A stretch of 64,000 bases of DNA, taken from NCBI GenBank assembly GCA_016748015.1, contig JAAOMT010000046.1:768697-832696 (forward strand), written 5' to 3'. Shown one piece after another: positions 53,028 to 64,000 of this stretch. Made by a program: the position numbers and the translations under genes. The stretch comes from Geosiphon pyriformis uo1 (Eukaryota > Fungi > Glomeromycota). Every line of letters starts with the position of its first letter. The first letter of the stretch is position 1. The notes under the pieces were generated by a model. The model was not told the origin of the DNA and did not search any database. It saw nothing but the letters and a program-made list of their open reading frames with translations.

Positions 53028-54111
53028 ATGTCCATCTTTGAAAGTCAAAGCCATTTCAATGATTTTTCTTCAACTTTTGAGGCGGTCAAGAATATGACCG
53101 ATCTCTCAAAACCTGTACAGCAGCACTTGGTCAAAGTTTATACAACTTTGGCAGCTCTTTGTGGTCTATTAGCCGTGGGAGCTTACCTTCATGTATCTGG
53201 GTGGTTTTTATTTGGGGTGAGTTGACTCTTTAGATCTTTTAAAAAAGTTTCGGAAAATCTTCTACTTGCTCAAATTTCATTTGTTGTTTGATTCTTCAGG
53301 GCGGAATTTTTTCTTTCTTAATTGGTTTGGGCTCCTTCATTGGCATAATGGCGTTACCTGACACAACGGATAACCGAAGCGTCAGATATGGACTTTTATT
53401 TGTTAGTTAACCCTATTATTCCTAATTTAAATTTTCGTCAAATGGAGAATTGTCATTTTAATTTTTCATTTCTTCCACTAGAACTTTGCAATAATGGAAG
53501 GTCTTTCGATTGGTCCCCTCATTGATTATGCCTTGAGGCTTAACAATTCGTACGTAAGAGATCTAAATTAAAGCTGAGTTGATATGTTAAAATATAATTT
53601 TTGAAAATTTTCTAATATTATCCATCAAAATTACCTTTATACTCTAGTGGACAGTTGGTTATCAATGCCTGCATTTTAACTAGTTTGATATTCATTTCTT
53701 TTACTATGAGCGCGCTATTAAGTGGAAAACGGACTTTCCTTTATCTTGGTGGGATTTTGGGTTCCGCAATTTCACTTCTTATATGGAGTTCGTTGTTTAA
53801 TGCGTTTTTCGGGTCTAAATTATTATACTCTGTTGAGCTATACATTGGGCTCTTCATCTTTTGTGGCTATGGTAGGTCACATACTATTGAAATTTTAATT
53901 TTCGAGTTTCCACTAATAATTCAATGTTTCTCCAGTGTTATATGATACACAACTTATTCTTTACCGGGCATCACAGTATGGTTCCCGAGACGTTGTTGCT
54001 CATGCATTGGATCTCTTTGTTGATCTAGTCGGGATCTTTGTGCGAATTTTAATCACATTAACAAAGAATGCAGAAGAAAGAGATGATAGAAGACGAAGGA
54101 AAGCACGATAA
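53028..54111 (+). CDS. BI-1: Bax inhibitor-1 / TMBIM6-like ER membrane protein (multi-exon)
   Basis: [41 protein letters not shown]|[25 protein letters not shown], basic tail. Confidence 0.93.
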
Positions 54112-54426
54112 GATTCCCAAAGGAGTTCTCTTCTTAAACTCTGGCTCCAAGAAGCAGGGCAACATTTTATACTTATATAATAGTGGAATCCGCTTTCTCT
54201 AATTTTGGGATAGATTTTTAATTTTGCACTAGGGATATTTCAATGTAATTCCACGGAAATTGGGAATAATGATAATTTGCATGAAAAAGTGTGTTCTTTT
54301 AATCACCATTAACTTCGTCATGGAATAGTCATTGTATTACGAATTTCGATGAAATCTCCCTTGCATCGGACATCGCTCAAGGCAGATTTATAACTTGTAT
54401 AGGCAATGATATCTACTAGAGACACA

Positions 54427-55771
54427 TCATAGTTCATTCGAATAGCCTATTACTTTTGTCAATTCTAAATTCAATAATCAAAGAGAATTTATAATGCTAT
54501 TAGTAAAGACATTATTTATTAACAAGAAACAATATGGTAGGCACAACGTACGTTCAAACTTTATATTCTCTCGTATCACCGTCTGTTTTGCTTGGTTATC
54601 TTTGTTTACAGGAATGTGTACTATTCCATTTACATGAGTCCATTCCAAGGACTTTATGAAGACATTAAACTCTTCTAGAAAATAAAAAATTGTTGGTAAT
54701 TAACTTTGAGATAGAATACAGATAAATCGATTTTTTCATTTTTATTGCATAAATACCCTGTTCCCCAGGATTTCGCAAGGGAAAATGGAAATAACTTGCA
54801 AGCAAGTCTGCGGATATGCTTTGATATGAAATAGATATTGCGTTGGCGATTACTGAAAATTTTTTTAAATGAATCTTCAATTGTGCCATAGTAGGTAGAG
54901 GAGCTAAGATCATAACAAGGAATTTACCTTTTCGAATTGCTTTTTCAAATCCAATAGCATCAATTATTAATTCTCTATACTTTTCACTCTTCTCCAACTC
55001 TTTCCAGAATTGCTGATAGCGTGATTGCTCTAATAGTTGCTGGAGAAAGGTAAGTTTGGTAATATTCTCATCTTCAAGCTGTGAATTGGATTCGTTCGAA
55101 GATATAATGTTTGTTAAGGTCAATAAGATCATTCGATCGTATGATATCAAAAAATATAATGAAAGATAAGATAAAGGATACAGAATCCTCATGTAACAGA
55201 TAAAGACATAAATTGAAGTCGGGATTTGGTATAGCCGTGAGTGCTTTGACCAGGATATTGTTAATCACACGCTCATTAACTAGGTGTGGATTGAACTGAT
55301 ATCTTGGTTACGAATTTGTTTAGGAGGGTAAAATAAGAAGCGGTTTAGGTCAATAAGTACGGTAGGAAAAGAATATATTTTTAAATTTTCATTCTTATTG
55401 ATTGGATGAGCGAATTTTTATAAATCAGTGAGGGCAAGTATCGCTCTTCAATACTCAAGCTGTTAGTTGTTATTTAGCTGAGTTCATTAATAAAGAATAT
55501 AACTTAAATCATCATTTTTATAAAGAGCTCATATCAATGTTATAAATTTTTTTTGAAAGATGGACCATGAATGAAAATAAAATCCTCACAATTTTAAAAT
55601 AGCCAAATTTGCCATCAAATCATATTCTTCATTTTGTAGTTGTGAAACAAGGTAGTCCTCCAAAATTGAAATATTATCGGGGTTATATCTGTCTACGCCA
55701 TCTATTAATGATTGAATTATCTCTGGTCTTGAAGGAGGAATTAGAGATGAGGCCAAGAGAGGGGAAGACAT
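54427..55771 (-). CDS. eIF3k: Translation initiation factor 3 subunit K (6 exons)
   Basis: GVDRYNPDNISILEDY..YDLMANLAILKL|YQFNP..LVKALTAIPNPDFNLCLYLL..ENIKFEQLTKVI. Confidence 0.95.
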
Positions 55772-56018
55772 AGCAAGAGTTGTTCAAGGCGAACTTGAAA
55801 TTCAAAAGAAATTTTCTGATACTCAGCACATAACATAGTCTTAGTTTCACAATCATAATTATCCGCTAAAATATTTTAAAATTGATATTCACTTGCTGAT
55901 CCTTGATATCTAATAATTTCACCCAAAGGCACAAATAAGTAGGCAGCTTAGCAGCTCGGAGCAAATAAGAGGGTTGTCTACAATTTCAAGTCGGCCTAAA
56001 CCAAGATCCTAGAAAGTT

Positions 56019-57250
56019 ATGCAACTTCGAAGCTGTAAACAAAAGAAGAGTATGTTGTTGACAACCACAGGAGTCCGGTCTTCCAAGGTATATTTGATAG
56101 ATCATAACTTTAATTTTTAGCATCTTTTCTCAACTTCTCTACTCGTTCCGAAAAAACCCCTCACGTCTAGTCAAAAGCCTTTAAACAGAGGAGAGGCAAC
56201 ACTAAATTAGTACGAAATTTTAGAAATTTTGACCAAGAACCAACATTGTTCGTTGCTTTACCACCAGAAACATTTGCCGTTATTTGTGCGCATCTCCCAC
56301 CTGTCGATCTTCACTCCCTTTCTCGGGCTTGTAGACGGTTTAGAGGTTTTCTGTGGTCTACAACGTCGGCTGTGACTGATTCTATATGGCGTACATCTCG
56401 TACAACATTTCTAAGGCACCCAATCTCACCACCACCTGTTGGTTTAGCTGAAATGGAATATCTTAGGCTAGTTTTGGAGAAGGGGTGCATGTTTTGTGAC
56501 CGAAAGGATAATTTACAAATTTATTGGGAATTCCAAGTTCGTTGTTGCGGAACATGTTTGGAATTAATTAGTATCCGGTAACAATCAACGCTGCTAAATT
56601 TATGATTCTGCTCTCTATCATGGTCTTGACTTTTTATTCCAAATTATAGTGATTATCATTTAACTTCGAGATTGAAGAGAATGAATATCTCGCAGGATAT
56701 TATCAGTGGTCTTCCATTTCTGCTTCGGTGTAATACACCTAAGTATGATGGGAAAGTTTACTTGCTGGCGGATATCCAACGCGTGCGTGAAGATTATGAT
56801 ACTGCTAGTGATAAAGAACTTTGGGTTTTGCAGAAGAGTGAAGAGATTCTGGCATTTCTTCAGGATGCGCGAGAACGTACCAAGGATACACAGACTAACC
56901 AAAAAATCTGTATAATGATAGAACGTGGTCGTCGGTATAAAGTGATCTCGGCCAAGATTAAAGAATTGGCAAAACAATTGCGAAACAGTAAAACATCAAT
57001 TGGACAGACCGAGTATCTCCTAAAGCGTTGCCCGTCTTACAGGAGAGTCGTTGATGTGCCCAAACCATTCACCGAACGTTCTTGGGCAGCTTTGGTGAAA
57101 AAGTTAGAGATAGAATTACCTAAAGCCAGACGACTTTCTCAGGGGACTCTTCCATCGAATGACGAAATATCAGAAATACGGGAAGAATTGCGGGAACGTG
57201 TTAGAAGATTGCAAGCGAGATTGGCGGAAACCTTTGATGAGAGTTACTAA
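56019..57250 (+). CDS. F-box protein with Cys-rich (GCxxC..WxFxVRCCxxC) domain (3 exons; first intron 56088-56170)
   Basis: LPPETFAVICAHLPPVDLHSLSRACRRF F-box; GCMFC..WEFQVRCCGTC; last exon ends 57250. Confidence 0.85.
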
Positions 57251-58400
57251 GGGTATAGTTAAGAAAAGAGTTGAACTCTTTGGGTCCACTTCATTTTCCA
57301 TTATTGATTGTCTTTTTTATGCCTCTTAGTTGGGGTTTATACTTTTTTTTCGATATTTATTTATTGCTTGAATCTTTGTTAATTCATTTTTCAGTTTACT
57401 TATACCCAACTTTGGGTCACGATTTACATGACAATGGGATTCAGAGGTTTGGTTGGCTGTTTTTAATGAGGAAGTATTCTGATAAATCCCATGGTCTAAT
57501 TATCTTGAGCCATGCCGGATCAATATCTAATAGCATAATTTGGTAAATCAAATTTTACTAGTTTTCACTGCTAAATTCTCATGAACCTATGGTTAAACGT
57601 TACGAATCGGTGACAAATCCTATTGATCCACTCACTGGTCATCTAAATTATTATTTGCCAAATTAAGGAATAAAAGTGAAGAAAAGCTTTTAGATGGCTG
57701 GAATTTTAGTTTGAAAGTTAGAATCCAATCTAACACCATCCACAACTATTACATTTGCCGCTTTGAAATATATTCCTTAATGTCTTTTTGCCGAATTAGA
57801 ATGGAAAATCATGGGGTTTTGATGCGTAATCTTGGGAGGTTAGTTCCGACGGCCTCCGAAAGCAAATGGAGTATAATTCCAGAATATGCTCAATCGAATT
57901 CTTTACGACATCAAACCATTGAATTAGAACCCCTTTTCCATAAAACCCTTGGATCAAACCTCAGATACCTTTCCAAATAAAATAAGATCTAGTTCTTGTG
58001 ACAATGAGGACAATCATTGAAACCATTGAAGCCTTCAAGTTGAGAGTTTAACTTGAAGAATGAATATTGATTGAGGATATAGACGATAAAAATGCTAAAG
58101 AAATATCCCCGAATTTGAATTTTGCTCCTACCTGAATTTCAATTTGAATGTGAAAAAATAAAAATTGAGGCAACTCCCCAATGGAAGATGAAATAAACAA
58201 TTCTCTTAGAAACTAATCTTTGGAATTTAATGATATTATTATTGAAATAGGTTCATAAAGTTAATGTTGGGATATCAAATATATTTGAGATCAGCTTAGA
58301 GTGTATCAATTCTTTCACTGTCTGAAGGCTGGAAAAAGGCACGCCCCTATTTACATATATTGGGGTAGTATTAAATCCTCATCGGAATCGAAGTAAATTT

Positions 58401-59447
58401 CTATCTTCTAGAATTTTTTCGCAAGTCGATTATTTTTTCCTTTGCCTCATCTAATTCCCCTTGCAAGAGCCGGTTTTCTCCTCTCACCAACTCAATCTCC
58501 CTCTGTATCAATCCCATTTCCGTTTTGAAAATTTCCATTTCTTTGTTCAATCTATTCAATTCTGCCCGAGCACAATCTTTGGATCTCTCGTGAGCAGCAG
58601 AAACCCGATCTTGTCTTTGCATGTGATCTGCGACAATCCTCAAGAGATCTGGAGTTGCAAAGTTGATATTGAGACAAGATGTTGTGATATTATTTGGGGA
58701 TCCTGTTAAAGAGGATGTTGACACAGGTGAAGAAGTATGTGGTGTACATGGTGGGTCTTGTCGGCGACGTTTGACCGGAGTAATCCGACTTGAAGGGATC
58801 TCAGAATTGAAAATACTTGTCTGCCGTTCTGATCCAGTGTAATCAAAATGATTGTCTTTTTTTTTCGATAAAGGTAACTTTTCGGTTGGATCGGATTCTT
58901 GGCCAGACCAAAATCGAGCCTGCTCATCATTTTCATCATTTTCAAAGTAAGTTGGAGGCTTCTCATTGGTATTATTTGCAATATCGTTAATATTAGAGTT
59001 GTTAATAGTAGGAACCAACTGCTGCATCAGGGAAATTGAAGCTGTCTGGGAAGGCGAAGCTATTCCAGAAGCTGAAGCTATTGGGGAAGTAGATTGTTTG
59101 ACTTGATCAGGGATAGGAGTCGTTCGAGATGCCAGCCGCTGAGAACTGCTGGAACCAGAACTTTCTCCATTGTTATTTGAAGTATCCCTTGTGGAATTGA
59201 TCCTATTATTATCTGAAGGGTCATTAGAACCTCTATCCACCCATTTAAAATAACCACAACCAACATGATCTGGCTCTGCCGAATTTCCAAACCGCGGACA
59301 GCCCCAAAAGACACGGCCATAGTTGTCATTATTTTTGGTCACAAGGCGTAATTTTGCCTGATCACCGCACCGACACCTCGGAATTTCATTTTCTGTTGTT
59401 GTAGAACTTCTGTTTGTAAGATAATTTTTACTGATATTATTCGACAT
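58401..59447 (-). CDS. GRF zinc-finger protein with C-terminal coiled coil (apparently intronless)
   Basis: CRCG..LVTKNNDNYGRVFWGC..CGYFKWVD; heptad-rich C-terminus; first ATG at 59447. Confidence 0.82.
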   Translation of the reverse strand: MSNNISKNYLTNRSSTTTENEIPRCRCGDQAKLRLVTKNNDNYGRVFWGCPRFGNSAEPDHVGCGYFKWVDRGSNDPSDNNRINSTRDTSNNNGESSGSSSSQRLASRTTPIPDQVKQSTSPIASASGIASPSQTASISLMQQLVPTINNSNINDIANNTNEKPPTYFENDENDEQARFWSGQESDPTEKLPLSKKKDNHFDYTGSERQTSIFNSEIPSSRITPVKRRRQDPPCTPHTSSPVSTSSLTGSPNNITTSCLNINFATPDLLRIVADHMQRQDRVSAAHERSKDCARAELNRLNKEMEIFKTEMGLIQREIELVRGENRLLQGELDEAKEKIIDLRKNSRR

Positions 59448-59712
59448 GTTTAAAATTTTTGATCTAGAAGACAGATTCCTACCAAAAAGATTGAAACTTG
59501 TCAAGAAGCCATTTGAAAGGATGACAGGTTTTAATGATTAATCTAGTGCATGATCAACAGTTTGGGCCTGCTACACTTATTTTGATTGGTTTAAGATGCA
59601 CTAATAGAGTGATCCATTTTACCACTTCCTCAACTTTTCAAAGTATATCCCAGTTCACTGTAGTTTCCCTTTTAAACCCAAAATTTTTCGTTAAATCTAG
59701 AACCCCTCTCAA

Positions 59713-60690
59713 ATGACAACCGCCGCACGTCCAACTTTCGATCCTGCCCGTGGTCATGACAATAAAGCCCCTACCTTGCAATATAGCTCGCGAGATCTCG
59801 CAGCACACACAAAATTGAAATATAGGTAACTGTAGATCGTTTCTTCGAGGAGGACACAAAAAAAAACTGATTAAAGAGGACCTTGGCTTACTTTTAGTGA
59901 AGCAACAATCTTAGTTATTTACTAGTTTGGTAACTTTTTAAACAAGACAAACGGGTCAGTTAACACAAGCCGAATTAGGGGAAATCGATTTGAAACAAGA
60001 ATTGTTAAAATCTGAACGCGAACACTTTGAAAAGCGCCGTAAGAAAGAAAGTGGTTTCACTGAGGAAACTGATGAAGCATTTGCTGAAAGACGATTAAAA
60101 TTCTTGGAACAAACAGCAGTATTAGATGCTGATGATAGTGATGATGACAACGAAGATGGGGATAGTGCAGATAGCGACAGGTTAGTATTACCTTGAAGGG
60201 GAAACTTTCAAATTTTATTAAAAAATTAATTACCACTAAAATTATAGTGATGATGATGATGAGGAAGATGATACAGCAGAACTATTAAGAGAGTTAGAGA
60301 AAATTAAGAAAGAACGTGCTGAAGAGCGAGAACGTCAGGTAAATGAAGCGTTTATTTTTCATTCGATTCAAATCAAAATTCAATAACTCTTGTTCAATTC
60401 ACAAGGAACTTGCAAAAAGGGAGGCCGACGAAGAACAGCGACAGCAAGAAATTGCTACTGGCAACCCACTACTTCACAAGGATTTTAGTGTAAAACGAAG
60501 GTAATTTCTTAAAAACTGAATATTTATCACATTTTCAATATTAATTTAAATTATTTTCTTTAGATGGGATGACGACGTAATATTTAAGAATCAAGCGCGT
60601 GGAGTAGAAGATACACCCAAAAAACGGTTTATCAACGATACTCTACGTAGCGATTTTCATCGCAAGTTCATGAACAAATACGTCAAATAA
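59713..60690 (+). CDS. CWC15: Spliceosomal NTC-associated protein Cwc15 (multi-exon)
   Basis: [28 protein letters not shown]; [17 protein letters not shown]; [42 protein letters not shown]. Confidence 0.96.
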
Positions 60691-60945
60691 TGATTAGGCT
60701 TTTAGAGGGTTGGTGCATTTATAAAGGTGGATTAAATTTTGTATCTTCACGTTTGGAGCTAAAGCCTTTCAATCCCATCTAATAAGATGCTCCTTTTTGC
60801 CATATTTCAGAAGTTGAAGTAGTTTGCTAGCCATTTTGTGTATACGTGATCCCTCGTTAACTGTATGTTAAAATGAGAACGAATTATTTGAGGTTTCGCT
60901 ATATTATACTTTATTTCTAAAACAACTTCTACCGGACTTATTTTT

Positions 60946-61004
60946 TCAACCAACCTTATTAGTTTATATTATCAACCAACCTTATTAGTTTATATTATCA
61001 ACCA
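60946..61004. repeat. 26-bp perfect tandem duplication (2.3 copies) just past the TLDc gene stop
   Basis: TCAACCAACCTTATTAGTTTATATTA x2 plus TCAACCA. Confidence 0.85.
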
Positions 61005-61008
61005 TTCC

Positions 61009-62827
61009 TTAAACATTCGGTTCTCTAACCTCTTTCGAGTACATTTTTCGATTCGTAGCCATCTCAATCAATTCTAATTCAGCAGGGTGCCGATCAAGTA
61101 TCGAGATTCTGCCTCCTTGGGGAATTTCATCAATGTCACGTTCAGTTGGTTTCACAAGCCATACTTTCCAAAACAAAAATTTGAATATTTTACAAGTTAG
61201 AGATATGTTATATAGATAGAAACGGTCAGAGTATAGAATCATCACCTTCAACTTCATCAATCTTGAACTCTGCTTGTTTAGAGAGCTGTGGATTGCTGTA
61301 AGTTGTTGATAACGGCGCAGCTTTCGAATGCCCATTAACAAAATCAGAATTTATCCAAAGGGCAAAATAATCCAATTGGCCGCCCATTCCCAGCCCTAGT
61401 TAAAAGAAAAGGCAATGGTCCGGTCACGTGATTTCTTAACAATCTACTTATTAAAATTAATCTTACCGTTCGGAAGGGTTTTCATCCCGACATTTAAATA
61501 TTGCCAATTCTCATTATAGCCAGCACTAGCCGGAAAACATCTCAATCTGGGTTTGATGGTAAACAAGAAATTCTGTTCGCTACCAAAAAATTTCGGTGAT
61601 ACTTCCCAATCTTGATAAGCAAATCCACCGAACACGTGGCCATCTTTATCTCTTACAATTATCAATGTTGACCCTTTATATAAAAACGAATTCATAAAGG
61701 TTTGCCAACTGTCACCGTCTCGTTTTGAAGAGAACAGGAGGGTATGTGGCATAGGTGAAGTTCTGCAATCACCCGGAAGATATTGTGCTAGGACAAAATA
61801 ATCTGCCACTGAAATTAGACGTGAAAAATTCGGTAAAGAGTAGGGAGATGATATTGATGCAGAGATTAAATTTGTTTGGCGAAGTGCTTTGAGTTGTGTT
61901 AAATTTAAAGTGTTTGAGTATGGGAAATTTTGATCTTCAAGAAATATGTGAGTAATTAAGATTCCGAACAAATGTTTGAATGGGATATTATTCGTGTACC
62001 ATTCCACGAACGCTTCATGATCAAAATACTCGTCCAAGCTGCTTTCCTTAAGAAATTGGGCTGTCCTTTCAAAATCCTCGGGATTTAAAGATGATAATTT
62101 TGGAAAAAGTAGAAGATATTCCACCAACCTATGTTGATCCGAAACAAACTCTTGCTTTTCAATAGTTTTTGATGTTTCAATGACCTCAGATGTCAATTGT
62201 GCTCCCTCAAACCAGTAGGCCAAAGCAGCTCGCGTTACATCTTGAACAAAAGTTTTCAAAGCACCACCATCACCAGAAGCGTGACATATTATGAAGGCTG
62301 ATTGCGCCTGATCTATTATATTTGACCTGAGTAATTTATATATTGCAGAAATGAAACCCAGTTCTGTGATTGAGACTGTCGAAGATGATAATTTTCCTAG
62401 CTTCTCAGATAGTTTGCTGTTAGTGTAATCCCAAGAATTTGAAGATTCGATTTGAAAATATTGGGCGAACCCTTGTCTCAAGGATGGTGTTATTACATTT
62501 GAAAGATGTTGCTATTTTTGATGATTTTAAATAATGATAAAAAAAAGATCGATTAATTACTTTGATCTCATCAAAATTGTAGAAATAAAAAATAACTTGT
62601 ACTTTGAAGTCTTCCACACTGATCTGTCCACATTTTTCTATCAATGGACGGTTATTTTTATCATGATGATCTGATGCAGTTCCACCCTCGTCCAGAATAT
62701 TGTTTTCCTCGTTAGATTTTCCAAACTCTTTGTACCTCTTTAACAATTTTCCTCTTTCATCATCTGTGAACTTTGATAATAAATTTTGAAGTCGAGCTTC
62801 TTCTGTCTTGCTTTTTGTATTTCCCAT
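61009..62827 (-). CDS. TLDc-domain protein, MEAK7/Rtc5-like, predicted N-myristoylated (4 exons)
   Basis: MGNTKS start; LLFSSKRDGDSW..GHVFGGFA..FFGSEQNFLF..NWQYLN..PNGLGMGGQ; C-terminal SILDRHP..ELIEMA. Confidence 0.9.
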
Positions 62828-63478
62828 GTTGGATATATGGATTTCTAAATGTTATTGAATTCGTGACTCTATTTATAGACTTATTTTGACTGATGTAATG
62901 ATGATATAACAGTTTTTGGCATACTGCAACAAAGTGAGGTTAGGACTTTTATATTTTTCACGTGTTGGCACATTTTTCAAATCACCTCTCTGCTTCCTTT
63001 TATCAGATCATTAGTTGTCTGTAAACTTTATTGCAGCATATGTATTAAGCTTATTAAAATGTCTTAATAAAATATAATAACCATTTTTTAAATTTTTGTT
63101 CTTAAAATATTTATTGTTATTCTTTAAATTTAACTTAACAAATCAAGTAAAAAACAAAACTTAAGTTTCAAATTAAAAATGAGCTCAATCAAAATATAGT
63201 TTCAAGGCTGCTTTATTTGAGCTAAGATTCAGTATTGGAAATCCATAATAATTTTATTGAAAAACCAAAAATAACCAGAATTTTAATTTTTTGGCATCGC
63301 CCATTTTAGCGATGAAGCAAAGTAAGATAAATTAGTAAAATAATACTTCATAATCTTTTACAACTTTCGATCTTTTGCATTCACTCAAAAAGGAATCGCC
63401 CAACAAAACGACATTTGCTGCCCGTAGTGGAAAACTATCAATAATTATGTGCTTGTCTAGCATAATGACATTTAAGTT

Positions 63479-64000
63479 TTAATCACAAAACAAGCAATTT
63501 TCAGCCTGGGCACTTGTAGCTTTCTTTGACAAACGAGGAGACTTGCGCACTGGAGTATCCACATAATTTCTGAATCGCCGACCGCGGGCATTGGTATTAA
63601 CAGTCGATGGTGTATATGGCGTGGACGCTTCGTTGTTTAAAATCACATCAATTTCTAAGATTCTCGGAGTCGTCAAGAGATTTTCTTTGGTTGGGGAATC
63701 ATTGGGTTGGTAGAGATGGTGATGTAATTGATATTGATCGTGAATGGTAGGCTGCTCTGGTACTTCTTGTCCGAACAATTTTCCTCTATTTGCCTGACCA
63801 CCATTGATCGAGATACTGTTAAGAGGATGAGGGTGGTGTGGGTGTAGATGATCGGGAGTGTTTAATTCTGATAATCCAGGAATGTCTCTTGGTTTCCTCA
63901 TGTTATTAGCAACAGGATCCTCTCTAGAGGTCTTCATACTAGGACTTTTTTCATTTGGAAATAAAATAGTGGGCCTGAACTCTCGTTTTCGTTGTTTTGA
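63479..64000 (-). CDS. 3' part of an unknown, probably disordered protein (open to the window edge)
   Basis: Frame open from 64000 to the stop at 63479; GC-richer coding-like composition; S/T-P sites and RKSPRL. Confidence 0.6.
   Translation of the reverse strand, partial: SKQRKREFRPTILFPNEKSPSMKTSREDPVANNMRKPRDIPGLSELNTPDHLHPHHPHPLNSISINGGQANRGKLFGQEVPEQPTIHDQYQLHHHLYQPNDSPTKENLLTTPRILEIDVILNNEASTPYTPSTVNTNARGRRFRNYVDTPVRKSPRLSKKATSAQAENCLFCD

Noticed and set aside
57271-58300. Possible extra gene between the F-box and GRF genes (ORFs 57271-57546, 57711-57980)
   Set aside because: TTG starts, no motif and no consistent exon chain; more likely convergent 3' UTRs

Overview
Eukaryotic, AT-rich fungal DNA with short spliceosomal introns; gene content and TE families point to an arbuscular-mycorrhizal-type fungus (Glomeromycotina; the retroelement proteins resemble Geosiphon pyriformis repeats as I recall them, unverified). 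Three zones. (1) 1-34.2 kb is a nested stack of five degenerate Ty3/Gypsy LTR retrotransposons (E1-E5; E3 at 11976-22034 is complete with 4-bp TSD CCAC) inside a decayed FAR1/MULE transposase, all heavily C-to-T/G-to-A mutated. The family has an unusual layout: one long ORF (extended Gag, protease, Cys-rich Zn-like domain, dUTPase, dUTPase-like remnant, RT, RNase H), a conserved stop, then an apparently separate integrase ORF with a ~227-codon unknown C-terminal extension. The PBS resembles elongator tRNA-Met and is masked by a conserved U5 hairpin. (2) 34.6-46.6 kb holds a CpG-rich palindrome at the TE boundary, a small 5-exon gene, an MtfA-like C2H2 factor and a microsatellite-rich intergenic stretch. 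(3) 46.8-64 kb is a compact gene cluster: GEM1/Miro, IWR1, Bax inhibitor-1 (perfect ERSE + AP-1 + HSE upstream), eIF3k, an F-box gene, a GRF zinc-finger gene, CWC15, a TLDc (MEAK7/Rtc5-like) gene and a partial unknown ORF. Gene models and hand translations were made by eye.
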